Shown: positions 10,622-19,213 of the stretch, piece after piece
How the letters are laid out: each line of letters starts with the position of its first letter
Position numbering within the stretch: position 1 is the stretch's first letter
From: Gemmatimonadota bacterium
GTDB taxonomy: Bacteria > Gemmatimonadota > Gemmatimonadetes > Gemmatimonadales > GWC2-71-9
Direction: 5' to 3'
DNA length: 24,913 bases
Assembly: GCA_039591655.1 (NCBI GenBank)
Contig: JBDHDE010000040.1
Coordinates: 1-24,913 of the forward strand
The notes under the pieces: model-generated
What the model was told of the DNA's origin: nothing
The model's database searches: none
Seen by the model: the letters and a program-made list of their open reading frames with translations, nothing else
Position numbers and translations under genes: made by a program

Positions 10622-11302
10622 CTATGAAAGCGCCCCGGTCAGCACGGCGACCGGAACGGAGGCGAATCCGAGGAACACGACGATCGCGACCGCAGCGGCC
10701 AGCGGCCGCCGGTAGCGGTTATAGCGGCGATGGTTCAGCCCCAGCGTCTGGAAGCTGCTCCACACACCGTGGTACAGGTGCAGGCCCAGCACGAGCATCA
10801 CTACTACGTACACCACCGCGACCCACTGCATCTGGAACCCGAGCACCAAGTTCTGGTATGCGGCTCCGGGCACGAAGTCGGGATGCAGCTGGCCCGTCGT
10901 GAAATGCAGCAGGTGCGCCACCACGAACAGGAAGAGTACGATCCCGCCCCACCGCATGGTGCGGGATGCGAAGGTGGACTCCTCCGGCTGGAGGCCCCGG
11001 CCGTACTTCACAGGCCGCGCCACCGCGCTCGTCCGCCAGGTCTGCAGCGCGAACAACGCATGGATCGCGAGACAGCCCAGCAGGACGATGCGGAAGATCC
11101 ACAGCAGCACCCCGTACGGGAACACGGGCTCACCGACTTCCCGCAGGAAGTGCGCGTACTCATCGAAGTGCTCGGGACCCATGAACGCCTTCATGTTCCC
11201 GACCATGTGCGCGATGACGAAGAGAACAAAAACGACGCCCGTCACGGCCATGAGGATCTTCTTGCCGATAGACGAGCGGTAGAGGCTCAAGACCCGTCGC
11301 AT
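10622..11302 (-). CDS. sdhC: Succinate dehydrogenase cytochrome b subunit (single di-heme anchor)
   Basis: [18 protein letters not shown], four TM His residues, [23 protein letters not shown]; first gene of sdhCAB. Confidence 0.94.
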   Translation of the reverse strand: MRRVLSLYRSSIGKKILMAVTGVVFVLFVIAHMVGNMKAFMGPEHFDEYAHFLREVGEPVFPYGVLLWIFRIVLLGCLAIHALFALQTWRTSAVARPVKYGRGLQPEESTFASRTMRWGGIVLFLFVVAHLLHFTTGQLHPDFVPGAAYQNLVLGFQMQWVAVVYVVVMLVLGLHLYHGVWSSFQTLGLNHRRYNRYRRPLAAAVAIVVFLGFASVPVAVLTGALS

Positions 11303-11341
11303 CGTCTCTCCAGTAAGGCGAGGGCGTGGAGGTGTGGTCGC

Positions 11342-11371
11342 ATGATACCTAGCGGGTCACGGCGCGGGCAA
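11342..11371 (-). promoter_or_regulatory. Putative sigma70 promoter of sdhCAB
   Basis: Minus strand TTGCCC-N18-TATCAT, 40 nt upstream of the sdhC ATG. Confidence 0.55.
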
Positions 11372-11397
11372 GACGAATTGTGAAGCAAAATTCAGAG

Positions 11398-12270
11398 TTA
11401 TGATTGCCGGTTTCGGAGCTCTTGCTCGACCGCATCCACCAGGTGCTCCACGGCCGCCTGCGAGTAACGGAAGAACAACTCGGGCTCGACCAGCTCGAGT
11501 TCCATCATGAGCGGCCGCCCATCGGATCCCTCCACGAGGTCGACGCGCGCATACTGCGGCGTCTCGGCGACGACGGCGAGGGCCCCCGTGGCGACGTCCA
11601 TGTGCGACGCCCGAGGCCGCGTCGGTCGCACGCTTCCCCCGTAGTCATGGTGCACCAGGAAACCGTCGCCCGGTGCCCGCTTCTTGACGGCGTGGGTGAA
11701 CTCCCCGGCGATGAACATCAATGAGACCTCTCCGCCGTCGACCACCGAAGGCATCCACGGCTGCACCAACATGTCTTCGTGGGGGAGGAGGCGATCCAGA
11801 TGCGCCTGCCCCTCGGCGAGCCTCTGCGGCGTGACCCGCAGCGCGTAGCGGCCGGTCTGCGCGACCGCGGCCTTGATTACCACGTCACTCCAGTCCTGCT
11901 CGGTGAGCAGTTCCTCGAGGGAGACGCCCGCGCCGGCTCGCAGCACGACCGTCGGCACCGTGGGTACGCCATGGTCGGCGAGGTCACGCAGATACTGCTT
12001 ATGGGTATTCCAGCGAATCAGTCCGACCGGATTCCACAACCGGGACACCGACGCCACCCGCTGCGCCCAGGCAAGGAACTGGTCCCGCCTGTAGGAGTAG
12101 TCCCACGCCGAGCGGATGAGGCAAAGATCCGCCGCACCCCAATCGCGGTGCGGATCTTCCCACACGGCCGGCTCCGCTGCGAGACCCCGCTGGTTCAAGG
12201 CGTCGAGCAGGTAGCGGTCGTCGCCGTATAGCCCCGGCATCGCAGCGCACGTCGCGAGGAGGACGCTCAT
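11398..12270 (-). CDS. ATP-grasp ligase, RimK / glutathione synthetase-like (DcsG-like)
   Basis: IRSAWDY, WNTHKQYL, GVPTVPT, LVQP, GEVSLMF, YARVDL, MELELVEPELF. Confidence 0.85.
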   Translation of the reverse strand: MSVLLATCAAMPGLYGDDRYLLDALNQRGLAAEPAVWEDPHRDWGAADLCLIRSAWDYSYRRDQFLAWAQRVASVSRLWNPVGLIRWNTHKQYLRDLADHGVPTVPTVVLRAGAGVSLEELLTEQDWSDVVIKAAVAQTGRYALRVTPQRLAEGQAHLDRLLPHEDMLVQPWMPSVVDGGEVSLMFIAGEFTHAVKKRAPGDGFLVHHDYGGSVRPTRPRASHMDVATGALAVVAETPQYARVDLVEGSDGRPLMMELELVEPELFFRYSQAAVEHLVDAVEQELRNRQS

Positions 12271-12300
12271 GGCGGGAACATAGTCGGCACTCCCCGAGCC

Positions 12301-13878
12301 CTAGCGGTTGCGGTAGTCCTCCCAATCCCGCTGCGCGTCACCGCACTCCGGCCAGGTCATCTGCTCTCCGGTCCGGCGGCTCACCGGCAGTACCTCCCGC
12401 CGGTCCCGCGGGATCATCTCGGGGTCCTCCGCAGCCAGGTACACCAGCATGGCCGCCAGCGTCGCGTTGTTCCGGAGGTCGTCGAACACGAGCTTGTCGA
12501 ACGTGTCCCGCTCCGTGTGCCAGGTGTAGGTGAAGTAGCCCCACCGCTGGCTGGACAACGTGAATGCAGGCGCCCCCGCGCAGATGAACGAGGCGTTGTC
12601 GGTGCCGCCGCCCCAGGGTGCTCCGGGAATGTCGAGCTCGATGTGCCCGGCGATCTCGGCGGGCACCTTCGCCAGCCACCGAGCGAAGTGCTCACCCGCC
12701 CGCGTGAGGCCCTGCATGGAGACGTTCACAACCCGGCCGGTGCCGTTGTCCTGGTTGAAGAGCGCGTGCAGGCCGTCCACCACCTCCGGGTGATCCGCCA
12801 CGAACGCCCGGGAGCCGTTTAGGCCCTGCTCCTCGCTGGCCCAATGCCCCACGATGATGGTGCGCTTGGGGTCGGGGTAGGCGGCCCGGATGATGCGCAT
12901 CGCCTCCAGCATGACGATGGTGCCCGTGCCGTCGTCGGTCGCGCCCGAGCCGCCGTCCCACGAGTCGAGGTGCGCGGAGAGCAGGACGTACTCGTCCGGC
13001 TTCTGGCTCCCGCGGATCTCCGCGATCGTATTGAAGACCGGGACCTCGCCGAGCCACTCAGCCTCGGCCTCGACCTCGAGCACGGGGTTCTGATCGTGCT
13101 TGGCCAGCCGGAACACCAGGCCGTAGTCCTCACAGCCCAGATCGAAGGTAGGCACCCGCTCGGTTCTGGCGGAGAAGATCCGGCGGGCTCCCCACCCGCT
13201 GGACCACTGGGAGCTGATGACTCCGGCAGCCCCCGCTTCCTCCAACCGCCGGGGGAGACCGTTCCGGCCGGTCCCCGTCCGCTGCACGCGCTCGCGCCAT
13301 TCCCGCCGGGCCGTGTCCCGCCGGGCCTTCATCTGTTCGAACGACTCCTCGGTGGCGTGTTCCTCCCAGTTGTCGTCGGCGCGGCAGGTGGGCTCGGGAA
13401 ACGAGATGAGCGCGAACTTCCCTTCGACCTCGGGGAGCCATGCCTCGAACGCGGCCGAGTCGGCGATGTCGGGCAGGATCATCACGCCCGCCCGGACCTT
13501 ACCCCTGGTCCCGGGACTCCAGGCCAGCATCGTGCCCTCGAGTGTCCGCACCCTGGGCTCCACCAGATCGATATGGGTGATGCCCCGCCGCCATCCCTTC
13601 CACGTGCCGTATTGCTCGTTGCGCGCCTCGATGCCCCAACTCCGGTACATCGCCACCAGCCAGTCGTTGGCCGCCTGATGGCCGGGCGATCCGGTGAGGC
13701 GGGGCCCGATCGAGTCCAAGAGGGCCTGGGCCAACGCATAGGCCTGCGAGTTCTCCATCCCCTCCTGCCACATGCGCTCCAGCACGGGGTCGGGGTTGGG
13801 GAACATCTGCGCGGACGCCGTCGTCGGCGTGGCGAGCAGCGCCACGCCCAGCGCGAGTGTGAGCCGCCGTCGCTGCAT
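12301..13878 (-). CDS. Secreted M28-family Zn peptidase (carboxypeptidase Q-like)
   Basis: Start ATG 13878 with AGGAGG RBS and signal peptide (MQRRRLTLALGVALLATPTTASA); IGPRLTGS, SAHLDSWD, GATDDGTG, SEEQGLNGS, WHTERDTFD. Confidence 0.92.
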   Translation of the reverse strand: MQRRRLTLALGVALLATPTTASAQMFPNPDPVLERMWQEGMENSQAYALAQALLDSIGPRLTGSPGHQAANDWLVAMYRSWGIEARNEQYGTWKGWRRGITHIDLVEPRVRTLEGTMLAWSPGTRGKVRAGVMILPDIADSAAFEAWLPEVEGKFALISFPEPTCRADDNWEEHATEESFEQMKARRDTARREWRERVQRTGTGRNGLPRRLEEAGAAGVISSQWSSGWGARRIFSARTERVPTFDLGCEDYGLVFRLAKHDQNPVLEVEAEAEWLGEVPVFNTIAEIRGSQKPDEYVLLSAHLDSWDGGSGATDDGTGTIVMLEAMRIIRAAYPDPKRTIIVGHWASEEQGLNGSRAFVADHPEVVDGLHALFNQDNGTGRVVNVSMQGLTRAGEHFARWLAKVPAEIAGHIELDIPGAPWGGGTDNASFICAGAPAFTLSSQRWGYFTYTWHTERDTFDKLVFDDLRNNATLAAMLVYLAAEDPEMIPRDRREVLPVSRRTGEQMTWPECGDAQRDWEDYRNR

Positions 13879-13998
13879 AGGGGCGATCCTCCTGATATGC
13901 TGATTGCCTGGGGTACTCGTATCTTTACGGATCGATGAGCCGGACACCGGCGGTGGGAGGGGGTATGACCGATGCAGCCGACTGATGGTGCCTGAAGG

Positions 13999-14397
13999 AT
14001 GACCACGGAGTCCCACAGCGACAAGGTGCGCCTCGACCGGTGGCTCTGGGCGTCGCGCTTCTTCAAGACCCGCTCCCTTGCGGCCGAGGCCATCGACGGC
14101 GGCAAGGTGCAAGTCAACGATGTGCGGGTCAAACGCTCGAAGCAGATCGAGATCGGCGACGTGCTGCACATCCGAAAGCCGCCTTACGAATTCATCGTCG
14201 AGGTGCGGCAGCTCGCCGAGCACCGGGCGGCGGCGAAGGTGGCGCAGACCTTCTACCGGGAGACGCAGGAGAGCGCGCACTCCCGCGAGATGCTCCGGAC
14301 ACAGCTCAAGCTCCAGCCCAAAGCCGCCTACGACGGCGGGGGCCGCCCCAACAAGCGCGACCGCCGGCAGATCGACCGATTCAAGCGGGGGAGGTGA
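13999..14397 (+). CDS. hslR: Ribosome-associated heat shock protein Hsp15 (S4 domain)
   Basis: VRLDRWLWASRFFKTRSLAAEAIDGGKV; C-terminal GRPNKRDRRQI. Confidence 0.93.
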   Translation: MTTESHSDKVRLDRWLWASRFFKTRSLAAEAIDGGKVQVNDVRVKRSKQIEIGDVLHIRKPPYEFIVEVRQLAEHRAAAKVAQTFYRETQESAHSREMLRTQLKLQPKAAYDGGGRPNKRDRRQIDRFKRGR

Positions 14398-14398
14398 C

Positions 14399-15403
14399 AT
14401 GCGCGCAATGCTGTTCGAGGGCGTGGGGCGGCCCCTGCGGGAAGCGACCGTGGCTCGGCCCGTGGCGGGCCCGGGCCAGGTGCTCCTGGCCGTGCGCTCG
14501 TGCGCCGTCTGCCGCACTGACCTCCACATCGTGGACGGTGATCTCACCAAACCCAAGCTGCCGCTGGTGCCGGGACATGAGATCGTGGGCGTGGTGGAGG
14601 AGGTGGGCGAAGGTGTCGACCAGTTCGCCCGGGGGGGGCGCGTGGGCGTCCCATGGCTCGGTTGGACCTGCGGCGAGTGCGCCTACTGCAGCTCGGGGCG
14701 CGAGAACCTCTGCGATCGGGCACGGTTCACGGGCTACGACCTGGACGGCGGTTATGCAGAGTATGCAGTAGCCGACCACCGGTACTGCTTCCCGATTCCC
14801 GACGGCTACCCGGATCTCCAGGCGGCCCCGCTGCTGTGCGCGGGGCTCATCGGCTATCGCTCCTACCGCTTGGCGGGAGACGCCGAGCGGCTCGGCATTT
14901 ACGGATTCGGCGGCGCCGCGCACATCATCACCCAGGTGGCCCGGCACCAGAGCCGCCGAGTGTTCGCCTTCACCAAGCCCGGCGACGCAGATGGTCAGCA
15001 GTTCGCCCGGGAGCTCGGCGCCGAATGGGCCGGCGGCTCCGATGAGGCGCCGCCGGTGGAGCTCGATGCCGCCATCATCTTCGCCCCCGTCGGGAGCCTC
15101 GTGCCGGCGGCGCTGCGGGCGGTGGCCCGGGGCGGGACGGTGGTGTGCGGCGGTATCCACATGAGCGAGATCCCGCCGTTCCCCTACGACATTCTCTGGG
15201 GCGAGCGCACCGTGCGCTCCGTGGCGAACCTCACCCGGGAGGACGGCGACGAGTTCTTCCGGGTTGCCCCGGCGGTGCCCGTCCGCACCGAGGTGCAGCC
15301 GTATCCCCTCACACAGGCCAACCAGGCCCTCGACGATCTGCGCAGCGGCAGCGTGCGCGGCGCGGCGGTGCTGGTGGTGGACGACGCCGCCCCACCGACA
15401 TGA
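14399..15403 (+). CDS. Zinc-dependent alcohol dehydrogenase (MDR, AdhP-like)
   Basis: CRTDLH, GHEIVG, CGECAYC...NLC structural Zn site, GIYGFG. ATG 14399 after a GGAGGT RBS. Confidence 0.93.
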   Translation: MRAMLFEGVGRPLREATVARPVAGPGQVLLAVRSCAVCRTDLHIVDGDLTKPKLPLVPGHEIVGVVEEVGEGVDQFARGGRVGVPWLGWTCGECAYCSSGRENLCDRARFTGYDLDGGYAEYAVADHRYCFPIPDGYPDLQAAPLLCAGLIGYRSYRLAGDAERLGIYGFGGAAHIITQVARHQSRRVFAFTKPGDADGQQFARELGAEWAGGSDEAPPVELDAAIIFAPVGSLVPAALRAVARGGTVVCGGIHMSEIPPFPYDILWGERTVRSVANLTREDGDEFFRVAPAVPVRTEVQPYPLTQANQALDDLRSGSVRGAAVLVVDDAAPPT

Positions 15404-16092
15404 CCCCGAGAACCGACGCGGACCGCGACGTGCCACCCGAGCGGGACGGGGACCCGATCGAGGAAGTGCGCCAAGAGCTAGGGGGCGAAGGGTTCGGCGA
15501 GCTGGTGCGCTACACCGCAGCCGGATATGTCGGTGGCGTGGTGCTCGGAGGTGTGCTGGACGCACTGGGGTTCCAGCGGAGCGCAGTGGGTCAGTGGCTC
15601 GTCCGCACCCTCGCCGGGGAGGGCGAGAGCGTCATGGAGGGGGTCTACGCCTTGCGGCGGCGCCTAGCGGAGCGCGGGGCGAGCCTGGCGGAGGCCTACG
15701 GGTGGGGGAAGCTGATAGGGATGACGGTTCCCTGGTGGATCGACTGGGGCAGTCGCTTGCTGGGGGTGAACGTGTACGGGGTGGAGGCGTTCTACATTCC
15801 CTACTTCTACGCCATGTCCGACCAGATCGGCGGCAACGTGTCGGGACTGTTGTTCCTGCGGCGGCGGGACGGCTCGTGGCGCCGGGCCATCCCGGCGTAT
15901 CTTCGCCACCCCGTGATGCTGACGGGGTTGGTCGTCGTGCTGGTAGTGCCTGCCGGGCTCCTCGCCGCGCGCCTCCTGGGCTTCAGCCCCAGCACCCAGG
16001 TGCTCACAGCGCTCGAGACGATGGCCGCCAACCTCTGCTGGCTGCCCCCGGCGGTGGGTTGGTGGTGGGAGCGGGGTCGCCGGCAGCCGTGA
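15400..16092 (+). CDS. Hypothetical membrane protein (230 aa)
   Basis: ATGA overlap with the adh stop, several hydrophobic segments, coding-like codon usage; family not recognised. Confidence 0.75.
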   Translation: MTPRTDADRDVPPERDGDPIEEVRQELGGEGFGELVRYTAAGYVGGVVLGGVLDALGFQRSAVGQWLVRTLAGEGESVMEGVYALRRRLAERGASLAEAYGWGKLIGMTVPWWIDWGSRLLGVNVYGVEAFYIPYFYAMSDQIGGNVSGLLFLRRRDGSWRRAIPAYLRHPVMLTGLVVVLVVPAGLLAARLLGFSPSTQVLTALETMAANLCWLPPAVGWWWERGRRQP

Positions 16093-16117
16093 GGCACCGG
16101 CGCAACACGCGGGGCTT

Positions 16118-16146
16118 TTGACAGGAGGTGGGCCTGCTGCTACCTT
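16118..16146 (+). promoter_or_regulatory. sigma70 promoter upstream of csp-infA
   Basis: TTGACA-N17-TACCTT with extended -10 TGn. Confidence 0.8.
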
Positions 16147-16207
16147 GCGGTTCGCAAATTGACGTTGCTCTTGATGGTGGTGTGAGGTTAGGATCGAAAG
16201 AAGATGC

Positions 16208-16245
16208 AAAGGGATCTGGCTCACGCGCTGGCTCCCTTTTTGTTT
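16208..16245 (+). terminator. Terminator-like hairpin within the csp leader (attenuator or terminator for upstream genes)
   Basis: AAAGGGATCTGGC-TCACGC-GCTGGCTCCCTTT, imperfect stem running into TTTTTGTTT. Confidence 0.55.
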
Positions 16246-16366
16246 GCACCACTGAAATAGTCGCCGGAGAGAGGACGTCGGAGCAGGCAGCCGGCGGTCG
16301 GTTGGCGGCAGCCCGGCGCGGGGGTATGGCCCGCGCGTGACCAGCAGCACGAGGGTGCTAGGACCA

Positions 16367-16597
16367 ATGCATACCACCGGGATTGTGAAGTGGTTCAACG
16401 ACGGCAAGGGCTACGGCTTCATCACGCCGGACGGAGGTGAGAAGGACTGCTTCGTCCACTACTCGGCGATCCAAGGCAGCGGGTTCCGGTCGTTGAAGGA
16501 AGGCGAACGCGTCGAGTTCGAGATGGTGCAGGGTGAAAAGGGGCCGGCGGCGGAGAACGTCGTCAAGCTCAGCGAACAACCTCAGCAGGCCCTTTGA
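16367..16597 (+). CDS. cspA: Cold-shock protein (CspA family)
   Basis: [18 protein letters not shown] (RNP1), DCFVHYSAI (RNP2), KGPAAENV. Paralog letter not determinable. Confidence 0.96.
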   Translation: MHTTGIVKWFNDGKGYGFITPDGGEKDCFVHYSAIQGSGFRSLKEGERVEFEMVQGEKGPAAENVVKLSEQPQQAL

Positions 16598-16615
16598 GTG
16601 CAGCAGTACTCTCGG

Positions 16616-16658
16616 AATGACGGGGCCGCCCTGAGCGATCAGGGTGGCCCCGCTCATT
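16616..16658 (+). other. Long GNRA-capped hairpin between csp and infA
   Basis: AATGA-CGGGGCCGCCCTGA-GCGA-TCAGGGTGGCCCCG-C-TCATT (19 bp, one G-U, one bulge); no U tract. Confidence 0.75.
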
Positions 16659-16664
16659 AGCCTC

Positions 16665-16886
16665 ATGGCCAAGAAGGATGCCATTGAGCTCCAGGGAACG
16701 GTAACGGAGGTGCTACCGAACGCCACCTTCCGCGTCCTCCTGGAAAACGGCCATACTGTACTCTCGACCATCGCCGGAAGGATGCGGCGTCACCGTATCC
16801 GAGTGCTGGCGGGCGATCGTGTAACGGTAGAGGTGTCGCCGTACGACCTGACCCGCGGGCGCATCACCTTCCGACACAAGGCGTAG
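16665..16886 (+). CDS. infA: Translation initiation factor IF-1
   Basis: [24 protein letters not shown]...[33 protein letters not shown]. Confidence 0.96.
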   Translation: MAKKDAIELQGTVTEVLPNATFRVLLENGHTVLSTIAGRMRRHRIRVLAGDRVTVEVSPYDLTRGRITFRHKA

Positions 16887-17018
16887 GGACAGCCATACCA
16901 CCCTGGCCCCGGTCGCCGGCGCACGAATGCTCCGGCGGCGGGCACCGGAGTGACTGATGCCGGGCGCCGAGCGCCCGGCCCGGCAGTGAATGCCATTGAC
17001 AGACCCGAGGCTTAGATC

Positions 17019-18008
17019 GTGAGGATCATTGCACCTCTTTGCCTGCTAGCGGCTCTCTCCGCGGGCGCCCCGCCGGTTGCCGCGGCGCAGGACGTCCGGA
17101 TCACCGAGTGGCCGGTGCCGTGGGAGAACACCCGGCCCCGTGATCCATACGTGGACGGGCGTGGACGGGTGTGGTTCGTGGGACAACGGGGTGACTACGT
17201 CGCATACCTCGAGCCGGAGACGGGTGAGTTCACCCGGTTCGAGCTGGGTGCCGGCGCCGGACCCCACAACCTGATCGTCGACGACCGCGGATATGTGTGG
17301 TACGCAGGCAACCGAGCCGAACACATCGGGAGGCTTGATCCCGCGACGGGGGAGATCACGAAGTACGCCATGCCCGATCCTGCTGCCCGGGACCCCCACA
17401 CCCTCGTGTTCGATCGCGACGGAGACATCTGGTTCACTGTGCAGGGAGGCAACTTCGTCGGGAAGTTGGACGTGCAGACCGGCGCGGTGCGTCTGATCGC
17501 CGTGCCCACCCCTAGCGCCCGTCCCTACGGTATCGTGGTCGATTCGCAGAACCGGCCGTGGATCGCCGAGTTCGGCACCAACAAGATCGCGATGGTGGAG
17601 CCGGGGGCCATGGCCCTGCGGGAGTACGAGCTGCCGCGGGAGACGGCCCGGCCGCGGCGCCTGGTGGCCACCTCAGACGGCACCATCTGGTACGTGGACT
17701 TCGTGGGCGCCCATGTGGGTCGCCTCGACCCCGCGACCGGGACCGTGCGGGAGTGGGCCACGCCCGGCGGAAACCGCGGCGGGCCGTACGGCCTAATCGT
17801 GGATGACGCCGATCGCCTGTGGTTCGTAGAAACGGGACCACGGCCCAATCGGTTCGTCGGATTCGACACCCGAAGCCTCGAGTTTATCAGCAGCACCGAG
17901 ATCGCAAGCGGCGGCGGCGCGGTGCGTCACATGTACTACCACGGGCCGTCCCGCACCGTCTGGTTCGGGACGGACGCGAACACCGTCGGGCGGGCGGAAC
18001 TGCCGTGA
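17019..18008 (+). CDS. Secreted Vgb (virginiamycin B lyase)-like beta-propeller protein
   Basis: Signal peptide, then about seven repeats of P(H/Y/R)xLxxDxxGxVWF...IGRLDPATG; GTG start with GAGG upstream. Confidence 0.85.
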   Translation: MRIIAPLCLLAALSAGAPPVAAAQDVRITEWPVPWENTRPRDPYVDGRGRVWFVGQRGDYVAYLEPETGEFTRFELGAGAGPHNLIVDDRGYVWYAGNRAEHIGRLDPATGEITKYAMPDPAARDPHTLVFDRDGDIWFTVQGGNFVGKLDVQTGAVRLIAVPTPSARPYGIVVDSQNRPWIAEFGTNKIAMVEPGAMALREYELPRETARPRRLVATSDGTIWYVDFVGAHVGRLDPATGTVREWATPGGNRGGPYGLIVDDADRLWFVETGPRPNRFVGFDTRSLEFISSTEIASGGGAVRHMYYHGPSRTVWFGTDANTVGRAELP

Positions 18009-18036
18009 CACCGCCACCCGAACCGCGATGGAACCA

Positions 18037-19188
18037 ATGAGCGAGCAGAGCGCGCAGGGCGTCCTCGAGATTACGGGCCAGGGCTCCGGCTTCATCCGAC
18101 GCCCGGAACGCAGCTATCTACCGGCCCGCGGCGACGTTCACGTCGGACGCAAGCTGATCCAACGGTTCGACCTTCGTACCGGCGACACGATTGCCGGTGA
18201 GGCTGCGCCACCCCGGGGGCGGGCCAAGAGTCCTTCGCTCGCGAACCTCACATCCGTGAACGGCCAGCCACCCGAAGCCATGAGCGGCCGCCCCAGGTTT
18301 CACGATCTCACCGCCATCCATCCCAATGAGCAACTCGCCCTCGACTGCGGGCTCACTCGCTTGGGGGGGCCGGACTTCACCAACCGGGTGATCGATCTGC
18401 TCTGCCCGCTGGGACTGGGACAGCGGGCCATGATCGTCGCGCCTGCCAAGGCCGGAAAGACCATGGTGCTCCAAGCCTTGGCGGAGGGCATCGTGAAGAA
18501 CCACCCCGAGACCGCGTTGCTCATCCTGCTGGTGGACGAGCGGCCCGAGGAGGTCACCGAGATGGAGCTGTGCGGGTATGGCGAGGTGGTGGCATCGAGC
18601 TTCGACTTCCCGGCCAGCCGTCACGCCGCCGTCGCCGAACTCACTCTCGAGCGGGCCCGGCGATTGGTGGAGGTCGGCCAGGACGCGGTCATCATCTTGG
18701 ACTCCATCACCCGCCTCGCCCGCGCGTACAACACCCTGGAAAAGGGCACAGGCCGTACGCTGTCCGGCGGACTCGACGCTCAGGCGATGGAGAAGCCCAA
18801 GCGGTTCCTCGGCAGTGCCCGGAACATCGACCAACGTGTCGGCGGCGGGTCCCTCACGATCATCGGGACGGCATTGATCGACACCGGCTCCAAGATGGAC
18901 CAGGTGATCTTCGAGGAGTTCAAGGGCACAGGCAACAGCGAGCTGGTGCTGAGCCGGGAGCTCGCCGACCGGCGGATCTTCCCGGCAATCGATCTCAACG
19001 CCAGCGCGACGCGGCGGGAGGAGCGGCTTCTCTCGCCCGAGGCGCTGGAGGTCACGCATTCGCTGCGCCAGCAGCTGGCCGGCATGCCGGCGACGGATGC
19101 CATGTCGGAGCTGCTCAGTCTGATGCGTAGCACTGGGGACAACGCGGAGCTCGTAGCGCAGCTGGCGGGGCGCGGCAGGGGGTTCTGA
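18037..19188 (+). CDS. rho: Transcription termination factor Rho, short form
   Basis: GVLEI..GSGFIR, FDLRTGD, GQRAMIVAPAKAGKT (Walker A), LLVDERPEEVTEM, ILDSITRLARAYN, TGSKMDQVIFEEFKGTGN, TRREE. Alternative start 18028. Confidence 0.93.
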   Translation: MSEQSAQGVLEITGQGSGFIRRPERSYLPARGDVHVGRKLIQRFDLRTGDTIAGEAAPPRGRAKSPSLANLTSVNGQPPEAMSGRPRFHDLTAIHPNEQLALDCGLTRLGGPDFTNRVIDLLCPLGLGQRAMIVAPAKAGKTMVLQALAEGIVKNHPETALLILLVDERPEEVTEMELCGYGEVVASSFDFPASRHAAVAELTLERARRLVEVGQDAVIILDSITRLARAYNTLEKGTGRTLSGGLDAQAMEKPKRFLGSARNIDQRVGGGSLTIIGTALIDTGSKMDQVIFEEFKGTGNSELVLSRELADRRIFPAIDLNASATRREERLLSPEALEVTHSLRQQLAGMPATDAMSELLSLMRSTGDNAELVAQLAGRGRGF

Positions 19189-19213
19189 GCGCGGGTCCGC
19201 CGCGCCGCCGGTC

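Noticed and set aside
11378..11395. Canonical Rex box upstream of sdhC
   Set aside because: Only one half-site matches TTGTGAA-N4-TTCACAA; kept only as an unassigned palindrome.
13879..14556. 226-aa N-terminal extension of the M28 ORF
   Set aside because: Overlaps hslR and adh antisense; RBS and signal peptide place the start at 13878.
16160..16170. TGACGT resembling the E. coli cold box
   Set aside because: Only 6 of 11 positions match; too weak to call.
16996..17001. Perfect TTGACA upstream of the Vgb-like gene
   Set aside because: No -10 at 16-18 bp; that spacing falls on the start codon.
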